DNA from: Spirochaetota bacterium
Lineage (GTDB): Bacteria > Spirochaetota > UBA4802 > UBA5550
Direction: 5' to 3'
Assembly: GCA_963664815.2 (NCBI GenBank)
Contig: CAXXHB010000003.1
Span: 3,424,001 to 3,488,000 of the forward strand
Length of the DNA stretch: 64,000 nt
In this document: piece by piece, positions 40,117-48,568 of the stretch
Layout of the letters: each line of letters opens with the position of its first letter
Position numbering within the stretch: position 1 is the first letter of the stretch
The notes under the pieces: generated by a model
What the model saw: only the letters and a program-made list of their open reading frames with translations
Databases searched by the model: none
Told to the model about the DNA's origin: nothing
Position numbers and translations under genes: made by a program

Positions 40117-40562
40117 AATATCACCTCGATGAATTTTATAATGACAAACAGATTTGCTCCAAAACTGCATTTAAATTTTGCCGGGAAGCCTTTCCTGGAC
40201 AAAAATCTTAACAGGCAATGAGTCTCCGCCATGGCTTTTTAAGGGTTAAGCCGCTATACCCCATCTACAATTTTACTAATATAGTTACTCCGGCAATATG
40301 CCTATGTCAATGAGAATTTTTATACTATTGCATTACAGCCAACCGTACTTAAAATAATTATTCCTGACAGAAAAAGCAAAAATTTTTAATGTAAAATGCT
40401 CTGATCTTACCGCCGCCGAAAATAACGGCGGGATCTGTTCTTTTTTTAAATTAAAATATATGTTAAGGAATTGACGTTGAAATTAATATTATAAAAATCT
40501 TGTCAATTACGGATAATATAATAATCAGCAGCAACGGTTAATAAACAGGGATCTATTTATTT

Positions 40563-41489
40563 ATGAAAAATACAGAACTTGGCGCCACAACAGCTCTATT
40601 TGCGGCAATGATAATATGGGCAACATCGTTTATAGCCCTGAAGGTTACATTCAGAACCTACAATCCGATGTTTGTAATATGGGGACGCCAGGTTCTGGCA
40701 TCGCTGCTTTTTCTTCTTTTCATAAAAAAATTATGGAAGAAATGCACATATGAGAAAGGTGATTTCAGGCTTCTTCTGCTCATGGCTGTATTTGAGCCAT
40801 GTTTCTACTTCACTTTTGAAGCAATGGCAATAACAAATACTACCGCATCCCAGGCGGGCATACTGACCTCAACACTTCCGATCCTTGTTGCTGTAGCCGC
40901 ATTTTTCACTCTTAAAGAAAAAACAACCGGCCTTACATGGTTTGGATTTCTTGTTGCCGTTACCGGGGCAATAATTCTAAGTCTATGCAGCGAAGTATCC
41001 GAGAGTGCGCCAAATCCGGTTCTTGGGAACTTTCTTGAATTCTGCGCTATGATTTGCGCCACAGGCTATACTATTATACTTAAAAGGCTCAGCAGTCGAT
41101 ATAATCCATTCTTTCTCACGGCATTTCAGTGTTTTGCCGGATCCGTATTTTTCCTTCCGCTTGTTATTATTAATGGGAATGGTTTCCCGTCAGAATTTGT
41201 CTTACTCCCCTCCCTGGGGATAGTTTACCTTGGAGTCATTGTTACGATCGGAGCGTATGGTCTTTACAGCGCTGGTATCAGCAGGGTTAAGGCGAGTACC
41301 GCCGCGGCCTTTGTAAACCTTATACCGGTCTTTACCATGTTTTTCGGATGGATTCTACTCAATGAGAAAATGAACCTTATGCAGTACTTCGGGTGCGGAT
41401 TGATTTTCACAGGAGTCTATTTCAGCCAGAAAAGAAACCATCAAATACCAATAGAGGAAGAAATACTGCCCGAAACAGCATCTGAATAA
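40563..41489 (+). CDS. DMT/EamA-family transporter
   Basis: IWATSFIALK, two EamA repeats, LKEK, NLIPV..GW.LLNE. Confidence 0.92.
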   Translation: MKNTELGATTALFAAMIIWATSFIALKVTFRTYNPMFVIWGRQVLASLLFLLFIKKLWKKCTYEKGDFRLLLLMAVFEPCFYFTFEAMAITNTTASQAGILTSTLPILVAVAAFFTLKEKTTGLTWFGFLVAVTGAIILSLCSEVSESAPNPVLGNFLEFCAMICATGYTIILKRLSSRYNPFFLTAFQCFAGSVFFLPLVIINGNGFPSEFVLLPSLGIVYLGVIVTIGAYGLYSAGISRVKASTAAAFVNLIPVFTMFFGWILLNEKMNLMQYFGCGLIFTGVYFSQKRNHQIPIEEEILPETASE

Positions 41490-41514
41490 CCTGAATATTT
41501 TTATTACAGTATAA

Positions 41515-42435
41515 TTATTTTATAATATCAACCCGCATCACTGGATAATATGCATCGTTTTCTTTATCGTATGAAGCAACATATATTTTCTCATCGCCGG
41601 AAAGTTCGCTACGGAACCTGTCATCTATCCTGAATGAAATCCGGCCGTTAACTACGTTTTTATCGATAGTTCTGTAAACACCTGATGAGTTTATTATCAA
41701 AAGCACGGCTTTCGGATCAATAAAACCGGAAATATCATACTGCAGCACACTCTCATCAACCTCTTTTCCATCTTCTGTTTTTTTAACAATTTCTTTCCTG
41801 AAATCCGCCTTTAGTTTAAGCTTGAAAAGTCCTGTTTTTTCCACAATTGCAAATGAGCTGTAAAATCCGTTTAGGCCATTGCTAATCCCGCCGGTAACTC
41901 CCCCTCCGACAGAATTCAGCTTATCATTTGACATGTAGTTTTTATATGAGGAATCTTTCAGAATAACATTCATCATCGCCATCGCTATCTCTGTTTCACT
42001 CAATCTGTAGACGGAGGCATTGCCGAAATCGATAAATTCTCCGCCTGAATCTTTTTTCCTGACAAACGGCTTATCCCCGATACTGACAGAGTATGAAAAG
42101 GCCAGAAGCTCCGCATACCTGTCAATCTTTTCCCCGAAAGAGAGAACGCGCTGCTGAACATCATGCATATCTTTTTTGTTCGCCTGGTGAAACAGCTTCC
42201 CTGTTTCCGCCATGTAGTCAGAATGCCATTGCGCGGCTGAATTCAGTTTCCTGTTTATTACAAGAGCGGGCATACCCGCATTTATACGCTCAATGTTTAT
42301 ATATAAGATAATATGCTTCCTTATTTTTTCAGAATTATACTCAGGAACAGGCATCAGATCTCTTGTTGTGTTTGCCATTATACGGCAGACAGAAAAAGAG
42401 ACAATGAGAATCAGGAGTATATATTTTTTCATCAT
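41515..42435 (-). CDS. Exported CAP/SCP-domain protein
   Basis: Signal peptide; INIERINAG..AL..N.KL..AAQWHSDYMA....FH. Confidence 0.75.
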   Translation of the reverse strand: MMKKYILLILIVSFSVCRIMANTTRDLMPVPEYNSEKIRKHIILYINIERINAGMPALVINRKLNSAAQWHSDYMAETGKLFHQANKKDMHDVQQRVLSFGEKIDRYAELLAFSYSVSIGDKPFVRKKDSGGEFIDFGNASVYRLSETEIAMAMMNVILKDSSYKNYMSNDKLNSVGGGVTGGISNGLNGFYSSFAIVEKTGLFKLKLKADFRKEIVKKTEDGKEVDESVLQYDISGFIDPKAVLLIINSSGVYRTIDKNVVNGRISFRIDDRFRSELSGDEKIYVASYDKENDAYYPVMRVDIIK

Positions 42436-42697
42436 TAAACCTTCCGTATTTAATTGAATAAATATGTATTTTTTTACTCAATGTCAACTGTTATAATATA
42501 CAAAAAAATCCCGCTTTACAAAAACAGTTATTACTGTTTTATTTCAAAGTGAACCATGTATGTATATACAGATTCTCTGTTACATTATATTTTATATCAA
42601 TAAAAATATGACAGAATTGTAATGACAAATATTTGCGATAAAAGATCTGATTTAATTGACGTTCGTATCGTTAAATTTCTGCAGGCGGAGGGTTATT

Positions 42698-43435
42698 ATG
42701 ACTGGAATATTCAGAATTCAGCTGCTGATATTGATTATATTTATTTTTACAGGTTGTTTCAGAAATCCGCACGGTGACGCATACACTGAATTCAGTTTGC
42801 TGATGGATAATCAATTCACCGCCTCCGGCTCCACCCTTGCCTTTGAAACATGCGGCTGGCCTGTCTCAAAAAAAATGAAATTAAAAAAACTTGAACTCTC
42901 ATTTTTCCCGGACAGCGGCTTCAAAGACGGAAGGGGCTATGCGACAATCTCTGCAGAGGGTGATGGTTTCACCTGCGGCGGGAAACTCTTCTTTATCTAT
43001 GGCTACAGCTACACAGGGGGCCATGGTTACAGCGGTGGAACTGATATAATGCTTAATATAATCGAGCGCGAGTCCGCTGTAGAAGAAAAAATAAGCAATC
43101 CTTCATCGCCGGTTATTATTGAAACAGGAAAAATTATTGAGGGTGAACTCTCTGAAACCGGTACACGCCTTCCTGACAATACACCTGCCGACTATTATGT
43201 CATTGACCTTAAAGGTGACAGGCCAGGAATTAAATTAGCAACATCAGAATGCAAAGCGATAAATATAAAAGGATACATTTATCAGGATAAAATGTTTATT
43301 TCCGGATTCAATGAATCAGGTGTCAAACTGAAATCCGGTAAAGCGGTAATATTAATCTCGGCCGGCGGAAAAACCGGGAGATATTCATTTAAAGTCGAAG
43401 AACTGACCGAAAAGGAGAAATCAAACCTGAGATGA
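42698..43435 (+). CDS. Hypothetical lipoprotein
   Basis: ATG 42698 with GGAGGG RBS; lipobox FTGC; C-terminal PPC-like beta domain (DYYVI...GRYSFKV). Confidence 0.7.
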   Translation: MTGIFRIQLLILIIFIFTGCFRNPHGDAYTEFSLLMDNQFTASGSTLAFETCGWPVSKKMKLKKLELSFFPDSGFKDGRGYATISAEGDGFTCGGKLFFIYGYSYTGGHGYSGGTDIMLNIIERESAVEEKISNPSSPVIIETGKIIEGELSETGTRLPDNTPADYYVIDLKGDRPGIKLATSECKAINIKGYIYQDKMFISGFNESGVKLKSGKAVILISAGGKTGRYSFKVEELTEKEKSNLR

Positions 43436-43451
43436 TTTAATAGTCTTATAT

Positions 43452-43497
43452 TTTTAATCATTCCCGCTTTACAACATATTCGCGGGAATGATTAAAA
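43452..43497. terminator. Bidirectional terminator-like hairpin
   Basis: 16-bp stem TTTTAATCATTCCCGC / GCGGGAATGATTAAAA between convergent genes. Confidence 0.75.
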
Positions 43498-43499
43498 TA

Positions 43500-43889
43500 T
43501 TAATTACATCCCGGGAATGACGACACATACTGTATCTTGAAATCGGGGAATGAGTCGACTATCTGGACCTTGTAGTCAGGGAACGAATCTACAATCTGCC
43601 ACTTCCCTGGCCCATCTGCAAAAGAGTTCACTATCTGTACTTTTATATCAGGAAACGAACTCACCGCCTGAACCTTAACATCGGGGAAAGATGTCACATA
43701 CTGAATTTTACCATACAACCCGCATTTGCCTGGATTTCCTGAAGCCTGCGCTTCTTTACAAGCCTTCAGCTCAATTGCAAACTTTTCCTGTTTGCTCATA
43801 TTCTGCCTGCCTGAAGAGTTATTTACTGAGGTGATTCCGTAAGACATTAAAACAAAGAGTACAACACTGTAGGCTGCCATTTTTTTCAT
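43500..43889 (-). CDS. Small exported repeat protein (KVQxVxSFPD repeats), 7_1-knot-like family
   Basis: Six 11-14-aa repeats; GGAGG RBS; N-terminal signal. Confidence 0.8.
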   Translation of the reverse strand: MKKMAAYSVVLFVLMSYGITSVNNSSGRQNMSKQEKFAIELKACKEAQASGNPGKCGLYGKIQYVTSFPDVKVQAVSSFPDIKVQIVNSFADGPGKWQIVDSFPDYKVQIVDSFPDFKIQYVSSFPGCN

Positions 43890-43999
43890 TTATGCCCTCC
43901 TGTATTTTAATAAATAAACATGTTTTCATTATAATTACTCTTTCCGGGAATTTCAACCCTGGCCCTTTTAAAATTACTGCAGATATGAATATAATTACA

Positions 44000-46057
44000 T
44001 CAGAAAAGGACTGAATAGCCGCATTTCACCGATCTCCCCGGCTCATTAAAAGTATAACCGCTCTTTGATACCGACATATAATCATAGTATTCCCTGTTCA
44101 GTATATTTATGCATACAATGCTGATGCTGTTATTAAACCCTCCGGCGGCGAATTTCATATCAATACCCGCATCGATTTTATACCAGCTTTCTGACTTATT
44201 TATCCCCTCCGGAACCTTTGTCTGTGCCGCAGTCCATGTTCCGTCAATAAAACCTGAAACACCATACGGCGCATTAACCTTTAATCCGGTCACTGCCCGC
44301 AGCGGCGCTATTGACGGGAGGTCCTCATCGTTTTTTGTATCTCTCCCCCTGACAAATGAAAGATTATTATAAAGCTCCAGCCAATATGCAGCCCTGACTG
44401 AAATATCGTATTCTGCACCGGACAATCTGGCCCTGTCAATGTTCTGCAGTCTGTACTCGGTTGATGACAACTGCTTTTCAGCAATAAGGTTCCTCATCAG
44501 ATTCAGCCAGGCTGATACATTCCCTTTAAACCATTTATTCTTATAATGAAGGGAATATTCAAAAAACCATGAACGTTCCGGTTCAAGATCCGGATCACCC
44601 CATTTTTCCACACCTCCGCCAAGCGCTATATATTTATACCTCTCTTCAAGTGAGGCAGCCCTGTAACCGCTCGCGGCCAGCAGCCCTGTTGAGAAATCCT
44701 TTAATATTTCATAGCTTGCGCCGGCATGTCCATTCCATGAATAATCACGTACATCCTGCTGCTCCCAGATAACAGCAGATGATGCCGGATATTCGGATTT
44801 ATAGACTTTATCATTCCCTGTGAAGATCCCGTCAAATCTGCCGCCCGCATTCAGGGTCAAAGCGGAAAGTTTCATATCATCTTCAGCAAAAATTCCTGAA
44901 GACAAATAATATGCATCAGGAACCGGCGTATCATCAGTTACGAGCAGCCCGGTTGCCATATTTGTTTTTTTCCTGTCAGTGCTGATTGTCCTGAGCCATA
45001 AGTCTACGCCCGCTACAAGTCTGTTGTTTTCCAGTATCCAGGTATTAATCCACTGTCCACCCGCAGTTCTGTTGTCGGACTCCGGCTGGATTCTTATTAC
45101 CTGAGAAAGAGTATTGGGATTATCAATACAGACTTCCCGTTTTAAATACATCCAGTAAAAATGAAGTTTTGATTCAATCCAGACAGGACTTTCCGGTATA
45201 ATCTTATAGTCAATGGAGGCAAGCCCCCGTTTAATTTTTTTATATTCCGCGTCTGCAGCGGTTGAAGGGACAGAATCACGCGCTCCAGGTATCCCTATAT
45301 CCCATCCCTCGTAATACTGCGACCGCAACTCTAATGTCTGCCCCGGAGCCGTCTTAAATCCCAGGTTAACAACACCCTCTGCATCATTAAATCCGCTGTC
45401 TGCAACTTTGTTGCCGCTGCCGTCAGTGTAGTTATCATGCGTCCGGTAACTTCCGCTTCCGAAGACATAAAAGTCCCTGCTGTTGAATGATGTAAATCCA
45501 TAGGAGTTTAATCCGGTTGAGTTGCTTTCACAGGTCAGATTTATGCCGCTTTCGTAACCTGATTCATCAGAAAATTTACCTGTCCTGGTATAAATATTTA
45601 CAACTCCCCCTGTAGATCCGGAGCCATATAAGGATGATATCGGGCCTTTAAGCACCTCTGTTCTGACTATGGAAGCAGGGTTAAGTGTCCCGAACTGAGC
45701 GCCAATATCTGTTGAAGTATTCATCCTGCTCCCGTCAATCAGCATTATCACCTTGTCACGTCCAGCGCCCCGTATGCTTATTTCCGACCCCCATGAAGAA
45801 TCTGAAGATTTATATACACCGGTGATATCCTGCAGCGCATCGCTTATGCTCACAGGCGTTTTTTTCATAATTCCGTTTTCCGTCAAGACACCGACCCCCC
45901 CTGGAGTTGATGTCAGTGTTTTGCCGTATCCATCGGCGCTGATTATTATCTCATCTGCTACATACGGCTCAAATGAACCATTCTCAGCGGATAATGCATA
46001 TGCAATTATTACCGAAAGGGCTGTTACAGTTAAAAGAATGACCGGTTTCAGTTTCAC
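44000..46057 (-). CDS. TonB-dependent receptor (haem/metal-chelate-like)
   Basis: ISIRG, LIDG, EVLKGPISSLYGSG, YRAASLEERY, DPDLEPE, EPGRS...F; GTG start with AGGAGG RBS. Confidence 0.92.
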   Translation of the reverse strand: MKLKPVILLTVTALSVIIAYALSAENGSFEPYVADEIIISADGYGKTLTSTPGGVGVLTENGIMKKTPVSISDALQDITGVYKSSDSSWGSEISIRGAGRDKVIMLIDGSRMNTSTDIGAQFGTLNPASIVRTEVLKGPISSLYGSGSTGGVVNIYTRTGKFSDESGYESGINLTCESNSTGLNSYGFTSFNSRDFYVFGSGSYRTHDNYTDGSGNKVADSGFNDAEGVVNLGFKTAPGQTLELRSQYYEGWDIGIPGARDSVPSTAADAEYKKIKRGLASIDYKIIPESPVWIESKLHFYWMYLKREVCIDNPNTLSQVIRIQPESDNRTAGGQWINTWILENNRLVAGVDLWLRTISTDRKKTNMATGLLVTDDTPVPDAYYLSSGIFAEDDMKLSALTLNAGGRFDGIFTGNDKVYKSEYPASSAVIWEQQDVRDYSWNGHAGASYEILKDFSTGLLAASGYRAASLEERYKYIALGGGVEKWGDPDLEPERSWFFEYSLHYKNKWFKGNVSAWLNLMRNLIAEKQLSSTEYRLQNIDRARLSGAEYDISVRAAYWLELYNNLSFVRGRDTKNDEDLPSIAPLRAVTGLKVNAPYGVSGFIDGTWTAAQTKVPEGINKSESWYKIDAGIDMKFAAGGFNNSISIVCINILNREYYDYMSVSKSGYTFNEPGRSVKCGYSVLF

Positions 46058-46087
46058 AGATTTCCTCCTGTTGATTGTCTATAAAGC

Positions 46088-46720
46088 TTATAAAATTATT
46101 ATTTTATAAGCTGAAAAAATAAAATATCCGCTAAACACAAGCAGTATCCCGCCGCATACAATTGATATAACCAGTATATACCCTCTCCCCAGAACAGAAC
46201 GGCCGATAAAACTCATGTACGAAATAAAGTAGAGCCAGATTAAATTAGTTATGAAATGCAAAGCGTAAAACAGTATACTCACCACAAAACCGAGTTCAAT
46301 GCTGCGCAGAATAAGGACACTGCCTATTGTAGACCACCATAGAAGTAAAAATGGATTTGCCAGCGTCATCACTGCTCCTGCAATAAAGGATGAAGATGAT
46401 ACTCCAGCCGGTGAAGGGGAATCAGTTTTACGCGCACGGAATGTTTTCCATGCCATATAGAACAGAAAGATACCGCCGGCCAGGGCAAGTACAAAGCGGA
46501 TGTGCGGCTCCCGGGCAAACCTTCCAAGTCCCATAAAGAGGAGAATAACCAGCGGAAGTTCAACAGCACCATGACCGAGCATAACGAATACTCCTGCATG
46601 GGGGGAGCGGGTCCCTCGTTCGATTGTTATGGCCATTACCGGGCCCGGAGTTAGAAAACCGGGTATTGTAATTAAAACAGACTGAAGAAGAAAAGATGCA
46701 GCCGGCATAAATTCATTCAT
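46088..46720 (-). CDS. LysE-family translocator
   Basis: GFLTPGP, LGHGAVE, GG..L.YMA, NPFLLLWW.TIG; start moved to ATG 46720 (GGAG RBS). Confidence 0.88.
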   Translation of the reverse strand: MNEFMPAASFLLQSVLITIPGFLTPGPVMAITIERGTRSPHAGVFVMLGHGAVELPLVILLFMGLGRFAREPHIRFVLALAGGIFLFYMAWKTFRARKTDSPSPAGVSSSSFIAGAVMTLANPFLLLWWSTIGSVLILRSIELGFVVSILFYALHFITNLIWLYFISYMSFIGRSVLGRGYILVISIVCGGILLVFSGYFIFSAYKIIIL

Positions 46721-46774
46721 TTGATTATTTACTCCATAAATAATTTTATAAAACCCAATCAGCATAGTACCTAT

Positions 46775-46817
46775 AAACACAAAACGCCTGTCCATGCAGG
46801 AGCGCAGAACAGGCGTT
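46775..46817 (-). terminator. Leader terminator (attenuator) upstream of the LysE gene
   Basis: AACGCCTGTTC-TGC-gctcct-GCA-t-GGACAGGCGTT-TTGTGTTT; no upstream CDS on this strand that it could terminate. Confidence 0.75.
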
Positions 46818-47129
46818 ATACCTTATCGCACCCCTTATACTCAGCCTGAGCCTTGTTTTCAGGACACATTATAACTATAAAATAGTTTCTGATTTCAGTT
46901 CAGTATTAAAATAAACGTTATGCATTTAAATTACATTTACAACCAGTAAATTTGTCAATATAAATATCATTAATCGCATATAAATATTTATTTTGTAGCA
47001 CTTAAGCCTCCCGGGATAGATCATTAAAAATATTTTCCACTTAGATACATGGACAAATTATATATAATTGACAGAAATAACATATAACATCAATAATTAT
47101 ACATAACAACAGAAAAGGAGCAATAGTCT

Positions 47130-47381
47130 ATGTCTGATAAACGCTTGGGTGTAATCGGGATAGTCATTGAAAACCGTGCATCAGCAGGGCATGTAAACGA
47201 AATACTGAGCGAACATGCGGATTTCATAATAGGCCGCATGGGAGTTCCATACAGGGAAAAGGATGTCAGCGTAATATCACTGATTGTGGACGCGGACACT
47301 GATCAGGTAGGATCGCTGACCGGGAAACTTGGTTCTGTACCAGGTGTCATTGTAAAAAGTGCCATTACAAAACCAAGATAA
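47130..47381 (+). CDS. TM1266-like putative iron-only hydrogenase system regulator (ACT-like)
   Basis: RLGVIGIVIE, VNEILSE, IIGRMGVPY, ISLIVD, LTGKLG..PGV.VK. Confidence 0.88.
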   Translation: MSDKRLGVIGIVIENRASAGHVNEILSEHADFIIGRMGVPYREKDVSVISLIVDADTDQVGSLTGKLGSVPGVIVKSAITKPR

Positions 47382-47391
47382 TGTATAATTC

Positions 47392-47850
47392 TCAGGTAAT
47401 TACCGCAGCTTTAATAGCCTCAGATGCAGCATAATGAATTTTTTCACTTACAGGGAATGAAAGATCAATAGCACATGTGTCAATATCTGCCGGCACTATA
47501 CCGATAAGATCTATCGCAACGTTACCGGATACAATATAACATTGAAATATTACTTCCCTTAACTCAGGTGACATGCGTAAAATATTCCAGAATCCGGCTT
47601 TAAGGTTTTCTGAAGGTATTCTATAGACAGTACCCGGAATATCATCAGTTTTCAGTGCATCCACAATCACAACCTTTCTTCTGCCATTTATAATCGGCAG
47701 CAGATCATAAATTGCAGACCCGACTTCTACAATATCCACATCAGGCGGTATGTTAATATTTGAACCAAGAATATAATTTATTACATGAACGCCTATTCCA
47801 TCATCCTTTCTGGATATATTCCCGACTCCAAGTATCAGTATGCTTTTCAT
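47392..47850 (-). CDS. Hydrogenase maturation protease homologue (HyaD/HybD-like), conserved His absent
   Basis: ILGVGN...DDGIG, IVDA, PG.VYR, IGIVP; ATG 47850 immediately after the upstream stop. Confidence 0.85.
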   Translation of the reverse strand: MKSILILGVGNISRKDDGIGVHVINYILGSNINIPPDVDIVEVGSAIYDLLPIINGRRKVVIVDALKTDDIPGTVYRIPSENLKAGFWNILRMSPELREVIFQCYIVSGNVAIDLIGIVPADIDTCAIDLSFPVSEKIHYAASEAIKAAVIT

Positions 47851-47851
47851 A

Positions 47852-48340
47852 TTATAATATACACTCATACAGACTAATTTTCATATGCAGAATTTCAATC
47901 AATTCCCGTGTGAAATCATAAGCTCTGAGCATATTTTCCATTCCGCGGCAGGATATCCTTTCAGAAAACCCCCACTCACAGCCTCTTATTCCGATTATGT
48001 ATGCCTGAACCTCTTTTTCAAAACAGGAACTGCACAGTGAAATTACGTATTCAGGAGAAATAAGCGGTAATGAAAAATTTATATCACCCAGAGGCCTAAT
48101 AATATCAAACGTAAATGGTTCCTCTCCATAAAACGAAGCATCAATGAACAGAACAACTGAGGCATCCGCTGCCGCAATATCATATGCATCATCAACCGAA
48201 AGCTGAAATTTATCCTCGACAACGACTCCCGGAATCTCATCCGCCCGCAGCATTTCAATTATCTCCGGGCCCATTCCGTCATCCTGCCTGAACCTGTTGC
48301 CGTAGCCGATTATGTATATCTGATTTTTTTCATTATTCAT
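47852..48340 (-). CDS. Hydrogenase maturation protease homologue (HoxW-like), conserved His absent
   Basis: IGYGN..RQDDGMG, QL, FIDAS, FSLP in place of FS.H, IGIRG. Confidence 0.85.
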   Translation of the reverse strand: MNNEKNQIYIIGYGNRFRQDDGMGPEIIEMLRADEIPGVVVEDKFQLSVDDAYDIAAADASVVLFIDASFYGEEPFTFDIIRPLGDINFSLPLISPEYVISLCSSCFEKEVQAYIIGIRGCEWGFSERISCRGMENMLRAYDFTRELIEILHMKISLYECIL

Positions 48341-48348
48341 TTTTAATT

Positions 48349-48394
48349 AAAAAAAATGGGATCACAGGCATATTGTAATATACCTGCGCCCCAT
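48349..48394 (-). terminator. Intrinsic terminator between hydA and the protease pair
   Basis: ATGGGGCGCAGGTATATT-ac-AATATGCCTGTGATCCCAT-TTTTTTT on the minus strand. Confidence 0.75.
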
Positions 48395-48496
48395 GGTAAT
48401 ATATCTGTTTTTAACAACGGGCTTAATTAAAATCTGCTTAACAATGACAATGCATCATATTGCAGGAAGATTACTTTTCTGACAACAGAAAAGGGT

Positions 48497-48530
48497 GGTT
48501 CACAGGCACTACTACCCGTGCCTGTGAACC
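48497..48530 (-). terminator. Strong hairpin after hydA
   Basis: Perfect 13-bp stem GGTTCACAGGCAC / GTGCCTGTGAACC. Confidence 0.7.
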
Positions 48531-48568
48531 TGTAAAACAATTTATCTGCATTGAACAGACGAGCTAAT

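Noticed and set aside
40213-40268. Fluoride riboswitch-like GGCAATGAG...CGCC (plus strand) and tRNA-Gln-like TGGGGTATAGC (minus strand)
   Set aside because: No GCTRATGAC 3' element; no D arm, T arm or acceptor stem
41492-41510. TGAATATTTTTATTACAGT as a fifth Rrf2 operator
   Set aside because: Wrong spacing, a mismatched half-site, and it lies between convergent 3' ends
42521-42540. Palindrome AAAACAGT-tatt-ACTGTTTT in a divergent gap
   Set aside because: Single AT-rich instance, no second copy noticed and no nearby regulator
43510-43710. Roughly 33-nt DNA periodicity as an array
   Set aside because: Explained by protein repeats with synonymous variation
46798-46850. SAH- or TPP-like words (AGGAGCGC, GGGGTGC, CTGAG) in the LysE leader
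   Set aside because: The elements are in the wrong order or strand; kept only as an unclassified candidate
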